A stretch of 64,000 bases of DNA from Candidatus Aveggerthella excrementigallinarum (GTDB taxonomy: Bacteria > Actinomycetota > Coriobacteriia > Coriobacteriales > Eggerthellaceae), in the NCBI GenBank assembly GCA_018715725.1, contig DVLD01000012.1:113-64112 (forward strand). The letters are read 5' to 3'. Positions 54,797 to 64,000 of this stretch are shown here, piece by piece (position 1 is the first letter of the stretch; the number at the start of each line of letters is the position of its first letter). The translations under genes and the position numbers were made by a program. The notes under the pieces are model-generated. The model had not been told where the DNA came from. It made no database searches and saw only the letters and a program-made list of their open reading frames with translations.

Positions 54797-55852
54797 ATGG
54801 CACGAAACATCAACCGCCGGCAATTCTTCGCGCTGGCAGGAACCGCCGGCGCCGCATTCGCCCTAGGCGGAGCGCTCGCCGGCTGCAGCTCGTCGAACGA
54901 CGCCGCTCCAAGCACGAGCGAAAGCGCCAGCTCCGAGACTGCATCCGAGAGCACGGCCTCATCCGGCCCCATTGAGGTCACGCTCGGCGTGCCGACCGCC
55001 CCGCCGACGCTGCCCGTCCTGCGCATGATTGACTCGAAGGCGCTCGGCGAGGACGTGACGATCAACCTGGATGTATGGACGGCGCCCGACCAACTCATCG
55101 CGATGGTGCAGGACACTGAGCACGACATGTTCGCCTTCCCGCTCACCGTGGTCTCCACGCTGTTCAACAAAGGCCTCGACGTGCGCCTCATGAACGTGAA
55201 CACGTGGGGTGTGACGTACTTCCTCACGACCGACCCGAACTTCGGCAGCTGGTCGGATCTGAAAGGCAAAACCGTCCACATCCCGCTGCAGTCCTCCCCT
55301 CCCGACGCGCTAACCCAGTACTTCATCGATGAGGCCGGGCTTGTCCCTGGAGAGGACGTCGAAATCGTCTACGCATCGACTGACGAGGTCACACAGCTGC
55401 TCGCTTCCGGCCAAGCGCAGTACGCCACGCAAATCGAACCACAGGTCACGGCGGCGCTTTCGAAGAACCCAAATCTGCGCCGCGCCCTGAGTTTCGAGGA
55501 AGAGTGGCAGCGCGTGACCGGCACAGACACCATGATTCCCAACGCCGGCTTCGGCACGAAGCAGTCGTTCGTCGACGAGAATCCCGATTTCGTGGCAGCT
55601 TTCCAAGACGCCTACCAGGAAGCGCTCGAATGGGTCGTCGCGAATCCGGCCGAAGCTGCAAAACTCGCCGAGGCGGAGCTCGGCATGCAGGCAGCCCTGG
55701 TCGAACAGGCCATCCCGAACATGGGCTTGCACTTCAAGACGGCGCCCGATGCTGCAGCAGAACTCGCCGATTTCTACGAGCTCCTGCACACCTACGACCC
55801 GTCCATGATCGGCGGGGACCTCCCGACCGAGGAGATGTACTACCAGGCTTAG
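54797..55852 (+). CDS. NitT/TauT (SsuA/NMT1-like) ABC substrate-binding lipoprotein with Tat signal
   Basis: NRRQFF twin-arginine motif, lipobox LAGC, SWSDLKGKTV, IEPQVT; AGGAGG RBS. Confidence 0.9.
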   Translation: MARNINRRQFFALAGTAGAAFALGGALAGCSSSNDAAPSTSESASSETASESTASSGPIEVTLGVPTAPPTLPVLRMIDSKALGEDVTINLDVWTAPDQLIAMVQDTEHDMFAFPLTVVSTLFNKGLDVRLMNVNTWGVTYFLTTDPNFGSWSDLKGKTVHIPLQSSPPDALTQYFIDEAGLVPGEDVEIVYASTDEVTQLLASGQAQYATQIEPQVTAALSKNPNLRRALSFEEEWQRVTGTDTMIPNAGFGTKQSFVDENPDFVAAFQDAYQEALEWVVANPAEAAKLAEAELGMQAALVEQAIPNMGLHFKTAPDAAAELADFYELLHTYDPSMIGGDLPTEEMYYQA

Positions 55853-55884
55853 CGCACCCGTTGGCCATGTCCTCGCAAGCGAAC

Positions 55885-55914
55885 GCGACGCCCCCGTCCC
55901 ACCGGGGGCGTCGC
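55885..55914 (+). other. GC-rich hairpin between the substrate-binding and permease genes
   Basis: GCGACGCCCCCG/CGGGGGCGTCGC stem without a T-run; plausibly stabilises the upstream mRNA. Confidence 0.6.
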
Positions 55915-55928
55915 TCTGAAAGGATGCC

Positions 55929-56693
55929 ATGCCGCCGCTGATTCGATCATTTGCACGAAAGCTACCCGCCCGCCTTGCTGCCGCCGCCATCGTGCTCGGC
56001 GTCTGGTGGGCACTTTCGCTTGCCTTCCCTCCGCTCGTCGTGCCGGACATCCCGACGGTCGCCGTTTCGCTCAGGGACATCCTCACCTCGCCCGATGGAC
56101 AGGAGGCCATCTTCACCACTGTCCAGCGACTCGCGCTCGGGCTTGCGAGCGGCCTGGCGCTCGGCGGTGCCATCGGCCTGCTCGCTGGCTTCAGCACCAG
56201 GTTCCACGATGTGTGCTCCCCCATCATCGGCATCCTGCAGACAGTTCCGCCCGTCTGCTGGGTCGTCATGGCTCTCGTATGGTTCGGGTTCAACGGGCGG
56301 CCGGCCATCTTCATTGTGGCGGTTTCGACCATTCCTTACGTGGTGGTGAACCTGAGCGAGGGCGTGCGCAACGTGGATCCCAAGCTCTTGGAAATGGCAC
56401 ACTGCTACCGGTTTTCGCGCGCGAAGGTCCTCCGCCACATCATTCTTCCGTCAGTGAAGCCTTATTTCCGCTCGGCGCTCAAAATCTCGACCGGCGCCGC
56501 CTGGAAAATCGTCGTAATGGGCGAGGTCCTCACGACCTCCACCGGCATTGGCGGCGAAATCGTCACAGCCCGCCTGAACCTCGCGCCCGAAGCCATTATC
56601 GCCTGGGCGGTCGTCGTGGTGGTCCTGTACTACCTCTGCCAGGCGATGTTCTCCCTGCACCTTCCAAAAACCCTTATGAAAGGACCGCGATGA
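55929..56693 (+). CDS. NitT/TauT ABC permease
   Basis: About 6 TMs, LQTVPPVCW, EAA-like loop GVRNVDPKLLEMA...HIILPS. Confidence 0.92.
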   Translation: MPPLIRSFARKLPARLAAAAIVLGVWWALSLAFPPLVVPDIPTVAVSLRDILTSPDGQEAIFTTVQRLALGLASGLALGGAIGLLAGFSTRFHDVCSPIIGILQTVPPVCWVVMALVWFGFNGRPAIFIVAVSTIPYVVVNLSEGVRNVDPKLLEMAHCYRFSRAKVLRHIILPSVKPYFRSALKISTGAAWKIVVMGEVLTTSTGIGGEIVTARLNLAPEAIIAWAVVVVVLYYLCQAMFSLHLPKTLMKGPR

Positions 56694-59600
56694 TCTCGTT
56701 CGACCACGTCTCGAAAAGCCTCGACGGCCTGCCGGTCGTGGAAGACTTCGGCCTTACCGTCGCCGACGGGGAGGTCGTCGTGCTCATCGGCCCTTCCGGC
56801 TGCGGAAAATCGACGCTGCTGAACATGGCCGCAGGGCTCGCTGAGCCTGACGAAGGCTCCGTCGCCACCGATGGAGGGGCGGTCGGCTATGTGTTCCAAG
56901 AGAACCGCCTGCTGCCGTGGCGATCCGTGCGCGAGAACATCGAGCTGGTGAACCCGCAGGCAAGCGACGCCGACGTCAGCCGCATCATTGCTTCGGTCGG
57001 GCTGCGCGGGTTCGAGGACTATCCGCCCGTCCGTCTGTCAGGCGGCATGGCGAAGCGCTGCGCGCTCGCTCGCGCGTTCAATTTCCCCAGCACGACGCTG
57101 CTCATGGACGAGCCGTTCTCTGGCCTTGATTACAGCCTGCGCATGGAGATGGCGGAGCTCTTGCTGAGCATGTGGCGCGAGCAGCGTCACGCCGTGCTGT
57201 TCGTCACGCACGAGATTGACGAGGCGCTCATGCTCGCCACGCGCATCGTCGTGCTTTCAGATCGGCCTTCGCGCATTGTTCGCACGTTCGCACTGCCAGG
57301 CGCCGAAGGCCGCGATCCCGCCGACGCCGCCCTTGCCACCATCAGGCGGCAGATCGTCTCTCTCGTTTCAGGGAAATGCTCCGCAGCGAGTGCCATCGCT
57401 TGGAAAGACACGCCCGCGCAAGGTTTCGCATGCGAAAGCGCGCGTTTGGCCATCGGCCTTGATTGCGGCGCATTTTCCACGAAGCTCGTCGCACTCGACG
57501 CTGCGGGCAGCACGGCGTTTTCCTGCGAGGTCCGCCACAACGGCTCGCCGCGCACGTCGACTGCCGCAGCGCTGCAAAAGCTTGCCACTGCCCTGCCCGC
57601 CGCGCTCGACGCGCCATGCCAGGCAACCGGCGTCCACAGTGCGAAACTGCTCGGCAACGTGAAAGCGAGCGCCTTGATTGAAGAGATGCCCGCCCTCGTC
57701 ACCGGCATGAGGAAACTCTGCCCGCAGGCACGCTCGCTCGTCGACATCGGCGCCCAGAGCGCCCGCTACGTCACGTCGCTTTCAGAAGGCCTGCCACCAC
57801 AGTTTGCGCGCAACCAACATTGCGCAAGCGGCACGGGATCGTTCTTCGAGGATCAGATGGGCAGGCTTGGGCTTCCTATCGAGCGCATCTCCGAAGTTGA
57901 GGCGTACGCCACGTCGTGCCCGCAGATCTCCGGGCGCTGTGCGGTGTTCGCAAAGTCGGACATCGTTCATCGGCAGCAAGAAGGCGCCACCACTCCTGAC
58001 GTCCTGGCAGGGTTGTGCCGCGCCGTCGCGCGCAATTTCAAGGCAACCGTCGTTCGCAATCTCCCCATCGAAACGCCCGTAGCGCTCGCGGGCGGCACCG
58101 TGCGCAACGAAGGCCTGGTGAAGGCGTTGCGCGCCACGTTTGGCCTCGACGAAGCCGAACTGGTCGTTCCCGATGACGCCCCGCTCGCCCTTGCAATCGG
58201 GGCCGCGGTCGAGGCGCGCGGCGCGATAGGCGCCCCTTCGTGTTCGGAGCTCGTGCAGGTTGTGGCCGCCGCCCGCGTGGACGAACTGCCACGCCTTGCC
58301 GCGCTCGGCCCCTGGGCAGCGCCCGCCCAAAGCGACCCGCACCATCTGCCCGTACCGCACGATGCGCCCTGCTTCGTCGGAGTTGATGTCGGGTCAACGA
58401 GCACCGACCTTGCCGTCTGCGGAACGGACGGCACGCTTCTCGACCACTGGTACGTGCGCACCGGGGGCGACTCCTCCGCTGCAGTGCGCAACGTGTTCAA
58501 CCAGTTCGCGCGCGCTCACCCTCATGCAATCGTGGGCGCGGTTGGCGTGACCGGGTCAGGACGCATCAAGGTGGGTCGAGCCCTGAGCGCCGATGTCGTT
58601 GAAAACGAGATCACCGCCCAAGCGACCGCCGCCATCCGCCTGTTCCCCGATGCCACGAGCGTGCTTGAGATTGGGGGCCAGGACTCGAAGTTCATTCAGC
58701 TGGAAAACGGCGTTCCCGTCGATTTCTGCATGAATAAAATCTGCGCGGCAGGCACGGGATCGTTCGTGGAGGAGCAAGCGGCGCGCCTTGGCCTGCCGAT
58801 TGACGAGGTGGGCGATCGTGCAGTGGGCGCACCCAATCCGGTCTATGTTGGCGAACGGTGCACCGTGTTCATGGAAAGCGCCGTGAACGACGCCTTGTGC
58901 GCCGGTGCGGACGTCGATGATGTCGCCGCCGGCATCTGCCATGCTGTCGTGGCAAATTACCGCGCGAAGGTCGTCGGCGGGCGTCCGGTCGGCCCTCGCC
59001 CCATCCTGCAAGGTGGCGTCGCATACAACCGCGGCGTCGTCGCAGCCTTCCGCGCTGCCTTCGGACAGGAGCTCACGGTGTCGCCCTGCTTCTCCGTCAG
59101 CGGTGCGTATGGCGCTGCCCTGCTCGCGCGTGAGAAAGCTCGCGAGCCTGGGTTTGCGAGCGGATTCTGCGGCATCGACACGGCAACGGGCGCTGTGCGG
59201 CAGCGCGCGGACGCCACCCAGCCTGCACGCGATGAGCCCCGACCGCACGACAATGCGTCCTCCCATGGTCAGGCGACCCTGCCCCATGAGCCAAACCCGC
59301 TGCTCGCTGGCTACGATAGAACGATCGACCCGCGCAAGCGCACAGTCGGCATTCCCTTCGTCCTCATGATTCACAAGTTTTTCCCGATGGCGAACGCGTT
59401 CTTTACCGAACTTGGCTACAACGTCCTGCTCTCGCAGCCGACAAACGAGCGCATTGTCAAGCAGTCGCAAGACCTCGCGCAGACCGAAGCCTGCTACCCC
59501 GTCAAGCTCGTGTACGGGCACATGGCGCAGCTTGCCGAACTCGGGGTTGACTACCTGTTCCTACCCGCAGTCTACTCCATGCGCAACGAGCACTCCGCGG

Positions 59601-61408
59601 CTGCGCACTGCTACGGATGCGTTCATTTACAGACCGCCGGGCGTGCCGTGTTCGAATCGCTCGGGCTCGAGCAGCAAGGAGTGAAGCTGCTCAACCCCAC
59701 CTTCGACCTCGAACGCGGCAAACGAGGCATGGCGGGCGCCATGGTGCGCATGGCAGTGCAGCTCGGACACTCGCGCCCACAAGTCATGCGTGCGCTCGCC
59801 AAGGGAAAAGCAGCGATGGACCGCGCCCAGAAAGCACGGCGGTCAAGCGCCCAGTCAACGCTTGATGCGCTTCTGCCGGGCGAGAAAGCCATCGTGCTTA
59901 TCACGCGACCGTACGGCACGAATGACCCAGTGCTCAATATGGGCATCCCGCACATCCTGCGAGAGCGCGGCTACCGCGTGATCACGCAAAGCGCACTGCC
60001 GCTTGAGAACGTGGACCTTTCACGCGACTATCCGGACATGTGCTGGCCGTTCGGCGAGCACATCATTGCTGCAGCGCGCATCGTCGCCGCAAACCCGCGT
60101 CTGTTCGCCATTTACCTGACCAACCACGGATGCGGCCCCGACAGCATGTTGTCACATCTGGTAAAGCACGAGCTCGGAAACAAACCAAACTTATGCGTCG
60201 AGACTGACGAGCATTTTTCGCCAGTCGGGCTCATCACGCGCATCGAAGCGTTTTTGCGCTGCATCGAGGCATGGAGCCCCGCCGACGCGCAGTCGCGCAC
60301 ACTACCGGCAGTCCCGGTCATAGCCGATCGTCCCGAACGCGCAGAAACCGTTTTGTTGCCCAGGTGCGCGGCGACACCGTACATTGCCCGCTATCTCGAA
60401 ACCACCGGTGTACGCTGCGAGACGCTTCCCGCCGTCGACGAAGAAATCCTTCGCGCCGGCAATGCCGCCGTCGATGCGAAAGAGTACGTCGACTTCATCG
60501 CGTACGCTGGACTGATGGGAATCGCGCGCAAAATCGCGCACGATCGCAGCAGCAACGGCGCAGCAACGGAAGCGGGCTCGGACGCCAGCACGATTCTGCT
60601 CGTTCCTTCGACGGAAGGCGCCGAGGCAGACAGCCAGTACGCGCATGTCCTTGCGCGCATGCTGCCCGCAGACGAACAGCTGCGCCTTTGGGCGCCGAAG
60701 CTGGAAACTCTGTTCGAGCGCGCGCACGACCCCGAGCTTCTATTCCGTGCGATCGTCACATCCGACCTCGTCGGCGCGGCACGCCCGTCCGCGCGTGCCG
60801 CCCTTGAGCGCGACGTGCTCGCTGGCGGCATCCCGCATACATCCGACCTTCCGGACCTTGCGCGCCTCGCGCACGCAACGTGGAGTGACGACGCTCCGCG
60901 CCTCGGCATAGTCGGCGCGCTCTCGTGCGTGCACCTTATCGACGGCGGCATCGGGGAAGAACTCGAGTCGCGCGGGTATCGGCTGCTCCGCATGCCGCTC
61001 TCCGAAAGCCTCTGGTTCCTGTGCGGCGACGCGGCGCCCTCGCCCGATCGACAGCGAATCGCAGAACTATTCGCACGCACACTGCGCGCTATCGACAAAG
61101 CGTGCCAGGGAGACTCCCCGTTCTCTGCGGACCCGGCGTCCCTGACCCGAGATGCGGATGCGCTTTTCCCCCGCTTTGCCGGAGGACTTGGCCGTTATCG
61201 CGCTGCAAAAGCTGTGCAGCTTTCACGCTCATGCGACGCCGTGCTAAGCATGGCCCCTGAATACGAGAACACCGAAGCCGTGCTCTCGCTCGCGCGGCTC
61301 CCACTCTCCGGTCCGCTGTTCCGCTGCGCGGTCGGCGGCATGTGGGAAGCGGACGCGTGGAGCGCGCTCGACTCGTTCCTCCACTACGTAAAACGTCCAA
61401 ACGCGTGA
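56690..61408 (+). CDS. Fusion of an ABC ATPase with an acyl-CoA dehydratase activase-like protein (2x BcrAD/BadFG plus DUF2229-like region), 1572 aa
   Basis: ATG overlaps the permease stop after an AAAGGA RBS; GPSGCGKS, LSGGM, LLMDEPF and VTHE, then GLDCG/DIGAQ/CASGTG/RCAVF and GVDVGSTS/EIGGQDSK/CAAGTG/RCTVF, then CYPVKLVYGH and GCGPDS; no stop between them. Confidence 0.85.
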   Translation: MISFDHVSKSLDGLPVVEDFGLTVADGEVVVLIGPSGCGKSTLLNMAAGLAEPDEGSVATDGGAVGYVFQENRLLPWRSVRENIELVNPQASDADVSRIIASVGLRGFEDYPPVRLSGGMAKRCALARAFNFPSTTLLMDEPFSGLDYSLRMEMAELLLSMWREQRHAVLFVTHEIDEALMLATRIVVLSDRPSRIVRTFALPGAEGRDPADAALATIRRQIVSLVSGKCSAASAIAWKDTPAQGFACESARLAIGLDCGAFSTKLVALDAAGSTAFSCEVRHNGSPRTSTAAALQKLATALPAALDAPCQATGVHSAKLLGNVKASALIEEMPALVTGMRKLCPQARSLVDIGAQSARYVTSLSEGLPPQFARNQHCASGTGSFFEDQMGRLGLPIERISEVEAYATSCPQISGRCAVFAKSDIVHRQQEGATTPDVLAGLCRAVARNFKATVVRNLPIETPVALAGGTVRNEGLVKALRATFGLDEAELVVPDDAPLALAIGAAVEARGAIGAPSCSELVQVVAAARVDELPRLAALGPWAAPAQSDPHHLPVPHDAPCFVGVDVGSTSTDLAVCGTDGTLLDHWYVRTGGDSSAAVRNVFNQFARAHPHAIVGAVGVTGSGRIKVGRALSADVVENEITAQATAAIRLFPDATSVLEIGGQDSKFIQLENGVPVDFCMNKICAAGTGSFVEEQAARLGLPIDEVGDRAVGAPNPVYVGERCTVFMESAVNDALCAGADVDDVAAGICHAVVANYRAKVVGGRPVGPRPILQGGVAYNRGVVAAFRAAFGQELTVSPCFSVSGAYGAALLAREKAREPGFASGFCGIDTATGAVRQRADATQPARDEPRPHDNASSHGQATLPHEPNPLLAGYDRTIDPRKRTVGIPFVLMIHKFFPMANAFFTELGYNVLLSQPTNERIVKQSQDLAQTEACYPVKLVYGHMAQLAELGVDYLFLPAVYSMRNEHSAAAHCYGCVHLQTAGRAVFESLGLEQQGVKLLNPTFDLERGKRGMAGAMVRMAVQLGHSRPQVMRALAKGKAAMDRAQKARRSSAQSTLDALLPGEKAIVLITRPYGTNDPVLNMGIPHILRERGYRVITQSALPLENVDLSRDYPDMCWPFGEHIIAAARIVAANPRLFAIYLTNHGCGPDSMLSHLVKHELGNKPNLCVETDEHFSPVGLITRIEAFLRCIEAWSPADAQSRTLPAVPVIADRPERAETVLLPRCAATPYIARYLETTGVRCETLPAVDEEILRAGNAAVDAKEYVDFIAYAGLMGIARKIAHDRSSNGAATEAGSDASTILLVPSTEGAEADSQYAHVLARMLPADEQLRLWAPKLETLFERAHDPELLFRAIVTSDLVGAARPSARAALERDVLAGGIPHTSDLPDLARLAHATWSDDAPRLGIVGALSCVHLIDGGIGEELESRGYRLLRMPLSESLWFLCGDAAPSPDRQRIAELFARTLRAIDKACQGDSPFSADPASLTRDADALFPRFAGGLGRYRAAKAVQLSRSCDAVLSMAPEYENTEAVLSLARLPLSGPLFRCAVGGMWEADAWSALDSFLHYVKRPNA

Positions 61409-61572
61409 GATGCGGCAGAACCCTCTCGGTGCCGCCGCATCCGTCATCTCGCACCATGCCGCGAGATGCGAAAGGGCCGAGCGCCGACGGCAACCTGCCA
61501 TGGCGTTCGGCCTTGCGCGGAACGATTGCGAATACCACCTGACGCGCGAGCGCGCCATCCGTGCACGGCAAT

Positions 61573-61893
61573 CTATTCGAAGTCGTACAGATCCTTCGTG
61601 GCGGCCTTGAACTCCTCGTAGATCTCTTCCGCGAAAGCCTCGTCCTCCACGAGCTCGAAGGCGGCCGGCTGGCCGTCCTCGTCCAGCTCCGTGACCTCCA
61701 GCATGACGACCTCGCCCGAGGACAGCGCCGGATCGTCCTCCGTGACCGGGAAGAAGAAGCCGTAACGCGCTTCCCCGTGCAGAATCAGCCCCAGGAACTC
61801 CAGATCGACGTGCTCGCCCTGCTCGTCCTCGAAAGTGAGCACCATGCCCTCTTCCACCGGCGGGCAGAAATTCGGTGCGCTTCCCGTCCTCAT
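61573..61893 (-). CDS. DUF1292-like small acidic protein
   Basis: LTFEDEQGE...Y....P...ELVEDE..AEEIYEEF pattern; AGAAAGG RBS; -10 TATAGT near 61944-61950. Confidence 0.8.
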   Translation of the reverse strand: MRTGSAPNFCPPVEEGMVLTFEDEQGEHVDLEFLGLILHGEARYGFFFPVTEDDPALSSGEVVMLEVTELDEDGQPAAFELVEDEAFAEEIYEEFKAATKDLYDFE

Positions 61894-62010
61894 AGCGTGC
61901 CTTTCTCCTCGCGCCCGCGCAGGGCGTCCAATCATGTCCGTGCCACTATACCGCGAAGCGCCCATCCTGCGCGCGGCGCGTTCGGTAGTGCGCCGTGCAA
62001 CAACGCACAC

Positions 62011-62050
62011 GAAAAAGCCCGCCGCACCTGCGGAGGTGCGGCGGGCTTCG
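62011..62050 (-). terminator. Intrinsic terminator after secDF
   Basis: AAGCCCGCCGCACC/GGTGCGGCGGGCTT stem with an A-run. Confidence 0.8.
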
Positions 62051-62071
62051 TTTCGTGCTGGAAGGTGCAGG

Positions 62072-64000
62072 CTATTCGGCCTTCTTCTCCTTCTCGGCGT
62101 CCTCGGCGGCAGGAGCCTCGGTATCGGCGACCTCAGCAGCCTCGGTGGCGGGAGCGGCATCCTCGAGTGCGCTCTCCACGAACGCCTCGGCTTGCTCGGC
62201 AGCCGCCGGAGCGGCGTCAACGTCGGCGTCGGCGTCGCGGTCGGCATCGGCGTCGGCAGCGTCGACCGGCTCGGCCTTCTCGGGCGCGGAGGTCACGAGC
62301 TGGCCGCGACGACCGCGGCCACGACGGCCTTCCTCGACCGGCTTGAACTCCAGCTCCGGCGGCGCGTCGACCTTCTTGGCCTTGGACGCCTCGTCCGGAT
62401 CGTCCGCGTGCAGCTTCGCCCAGGCGTCGGCCATGGACGTCACCTCTTCGGCGCCCTCGGCCTCCTGCGCGCGGCGCGCCTGCTGAGCGCTGGCGGCAGG
62501 CGTGGCCTTCGCGGCGGCCTTGCGCTTGTAGTGCGGCGCCGGCGCAGACGGCGCGGATTTCTTCGCCTTGCTCGCGCCGGTCGCGGAAGCGCTCTCCGCG
62601 CCTTCGGCGGCGTCGGAAGCGGCCTTCTTCGCCGTCTTGGCGATCGGCGTGGAAATGCTCGGGTGCGCGAACTCGAAGCGGCCCACCTCGTCGCCGTACT
62701 TCGCGGCCAGGCGCTTGTAGGACGGCTCGCGCGTCTTCCAGATGGCGTAGAGCGGGGTGGCCACGGCGATGGACGAGTAGGAGCCGCACACCAGGCCGAT
62801 GGTCATGGCGAAGGCGAAGTCGCGCAGCGTCTCGCCGCCGAACAGCAGCATGGCCACGACCGGGATGAGCGTGGACAGCGTCGTGTTGATCGTGCGGACG
62901 AACACCTGGTTGATGGAGTGGTTCGCCATGGTCATGAACGTGCACTTGATGTCGGTGTTCTGCATGTTGTCGTTGATGCGGTGGAACACGACGACCGTGT
63001 CGTAGAGCGAATAGCCCATGATAGTGAGCAGCGCGGCGATGGTGTTCGGCGTGACCTCGCGCCCGAAGAGCGCGTAGACGCCCATGACGAGCACCAGGTC
63101 GTGCAAGAGCGCGATAACGGCCGTGACGCCCATCTTGTACTCGAAGCGGATGCCGATGTAGGCGATGATCAGCAGCAGCGAGACCACGAACGCGATGAGC
63201 GAGGCTTCGACCACGCTGGCGCCCCAGTCCGGGCCGATCGTGGAGACCTCGATGGCGTCGTTCTGCAGGCCCAGCTGGTCGGCCACCTGATTCGCCGCCG
63301 CGCTCGCGTCCTCGGCGGACGTGGTGGCGGTGCGGACGAGGAAGCCTTCTTCGCCGTCGGCGTTGGTGGTCTGGACGGTGGCGTCCGGCTCGCCCGCGTC
63401 GTTGAACGCGTCGCGCATCTGCTCGATGGTCACGTCGCCCGTGCCATGGAAGGCGATGGAAGTGCCGCCCACGAACTCGATGCCGAAGTTCAGGCCGCGC
63501 ACGCCGGTGATGACGAGCGCCAGGACCACCAGGGCGGCGGAGATGCTCAGCAGCACCTTGCGCACGCCCAGGAAGTTGATGTCGTGCTTGATGAAGCGGC
63601 CGCGCGGCTTGTGAGCGGCCTCGGCGGCGGCAGCGCCCGCGGCGCCGGCGCGCTTCTCGGCGTTGGCCGCCGTGGCGGCGGCGTTCATCTCTTCGCCGGT
63701 CTCGGCGGCTGCCACGGACATGCCCTCGGCCTCAGCCAAACGCTTGTAGTCCTCGGCGGCGGCCAGGCTCTCGCGCGTGCCCCAGAAACCCGGGTGCTTC
63801 GCGATGGTGCGCGGCGCCATGATGCGGATGAGCGGCGCTTTGAAGAGCAGCATCATGATGATGTCGCACAGGATGCCGAGCGCCAGCGTCAGGCCGAAGC
63901 CCTTGACGGAGGCGGACGCCAGGAAGAACAGCGTGAGCGCCGAGACCAGGGTCACCAGGTCGGCGTCGATGGAGGTCTGGATGGCGTGGCGCACGCCGGT
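62072..64000 (-). CDS. secDF: Fused protein translocase SecDF (5' end outside the window) with long low-complexity tail
   Basis: SecD end VKGFGLTLALGI followed in frame by SecF motifs GLNFGIEFVGG, IGPDWG, ALLHD and GYSLYDTVVVFHRI. Confidence 0.93.
   Translation of the reverse strand, partial: TGVRHAIQTSIDADLVTLVSALTLFFLASASVKGFGLTLALGILCDIIMMLLFKAPLIRIMAPRTIAKHPGFWGTRESLAAAEDYKRLAEAEGMSVAAAETGEEMNAAATAANAEKRAGAAGAAAAEAAHKPRGRFIKHDINFLGVRKVLLSISAALVVLALVITGVRGLNFGIEFVGGTSIAFHGTGDVTIEQMRDAFNDAGEPDATVQTTNADGEEGFLVRTATTSAEDASAAANQVADQLGLQNDAIEVSTIGPDWGASVVEASLIAFVVSLLLIIAYIGIRFEYKMGVTAVIALLHDLVLVMGVYALFGREVTPNTIAALLTIMGYSLYDTVVVFHRINDNMQNTDIKCTFMTMANHSINQVFVRTINTTLSTLIPVVAMLLFGGETLRDFAFAMTIGLVCGSYSSIAVATPLYAIWKTREPSYKRLAAKYGDEVGRFEFAHPSISTPIAKTAKKAASDAAEGAESASATGASKAKKSAPSAPAPHYKRKAAAKATPAASAQQARRAQEAEGAEEVTSMADAWAKLHADDPDEASKAKKVDAPPELEFKPVEEGRRGRGRRGQLVTSAPEKAEPVDAADADADRDADADVDAAPAAAEQAEAFVESALEDAAPATEAAEVADTEAPAAEDAEKEKKAE

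Noticed and set aside
56006-56689. N-terminal 228 aa of the 1800-aa track ORF
   Set aside because: It overlaps the permease gene in another frame; the real start is ATG 56690 with an RBS and ATGA coupling.
53038-61560. 10-bp inverted repeat GGATGGCGCG / CGCGCCATCC at the islet edges as transposon ends
   Set aside because: It is short and GC-rich, does not extend, and has no target-site duplication or transposase, so it is compatible with chance.
61894-62247. N-terminal extension of the DUF1292 ORF (track 61573..62247)
   Set aside because: It runs through the secDF end and its terminator; ATG 61893 has the RBS and a nearby -10.

Overview
High-GC bacterial chromosomal window. Gene content and protein style suggest Coriobacteriia, probably Eggerthellaceae; this is inferred, not checked by a search. 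Most genes lie on the minus strand and are housekeeping or transport genes: rpiB, tsaC/sua5, two flavoproteins, desulfoferrodoxin, lgt, NifU, LCP, murA, tsf-rpsB, a divergent trigger factor, an EF-G2-like factor, an NSS transporter, pheST, two AGCS symporters around an aldehyde dehydrogenase, mscL and a partial secDF. There are three dedicated ECF transporter operons, each under its own RNA regulator (cobalamin riboswitch, Trp T-box, FMN riboswitch), plus a Phe T-box on pheST. Three regions stand out. (1) 19.3-22.9 kb holds two XRE-type HTH genes, a membrane Ser/Thr kinase and a lipoprotein, with the same 15-bp palindrome upstream of both transcription units. (2) 53.1-61.4 kb holds two cupins, a Crp/Fnr regulator with two matching palindromic boxes, and a NitT/TauT ABC importer whose ATPase is fused in frame to a double-ASKHA 2-hydroxyacyl-CoA dehydratase activase-like protein (1572 aa). 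(3) 1.2-7.9 kb is a B12-riboswitch operon with an SLH-anchored beta-propeller, a DUF4430-like protein, an unannotated 33-aa membrane peptide and an ECF module. No CRISPR array, rRNA, tRNA, transposase or integrase was recognised. All annotations come from motif reading by eye; no database searches were run.
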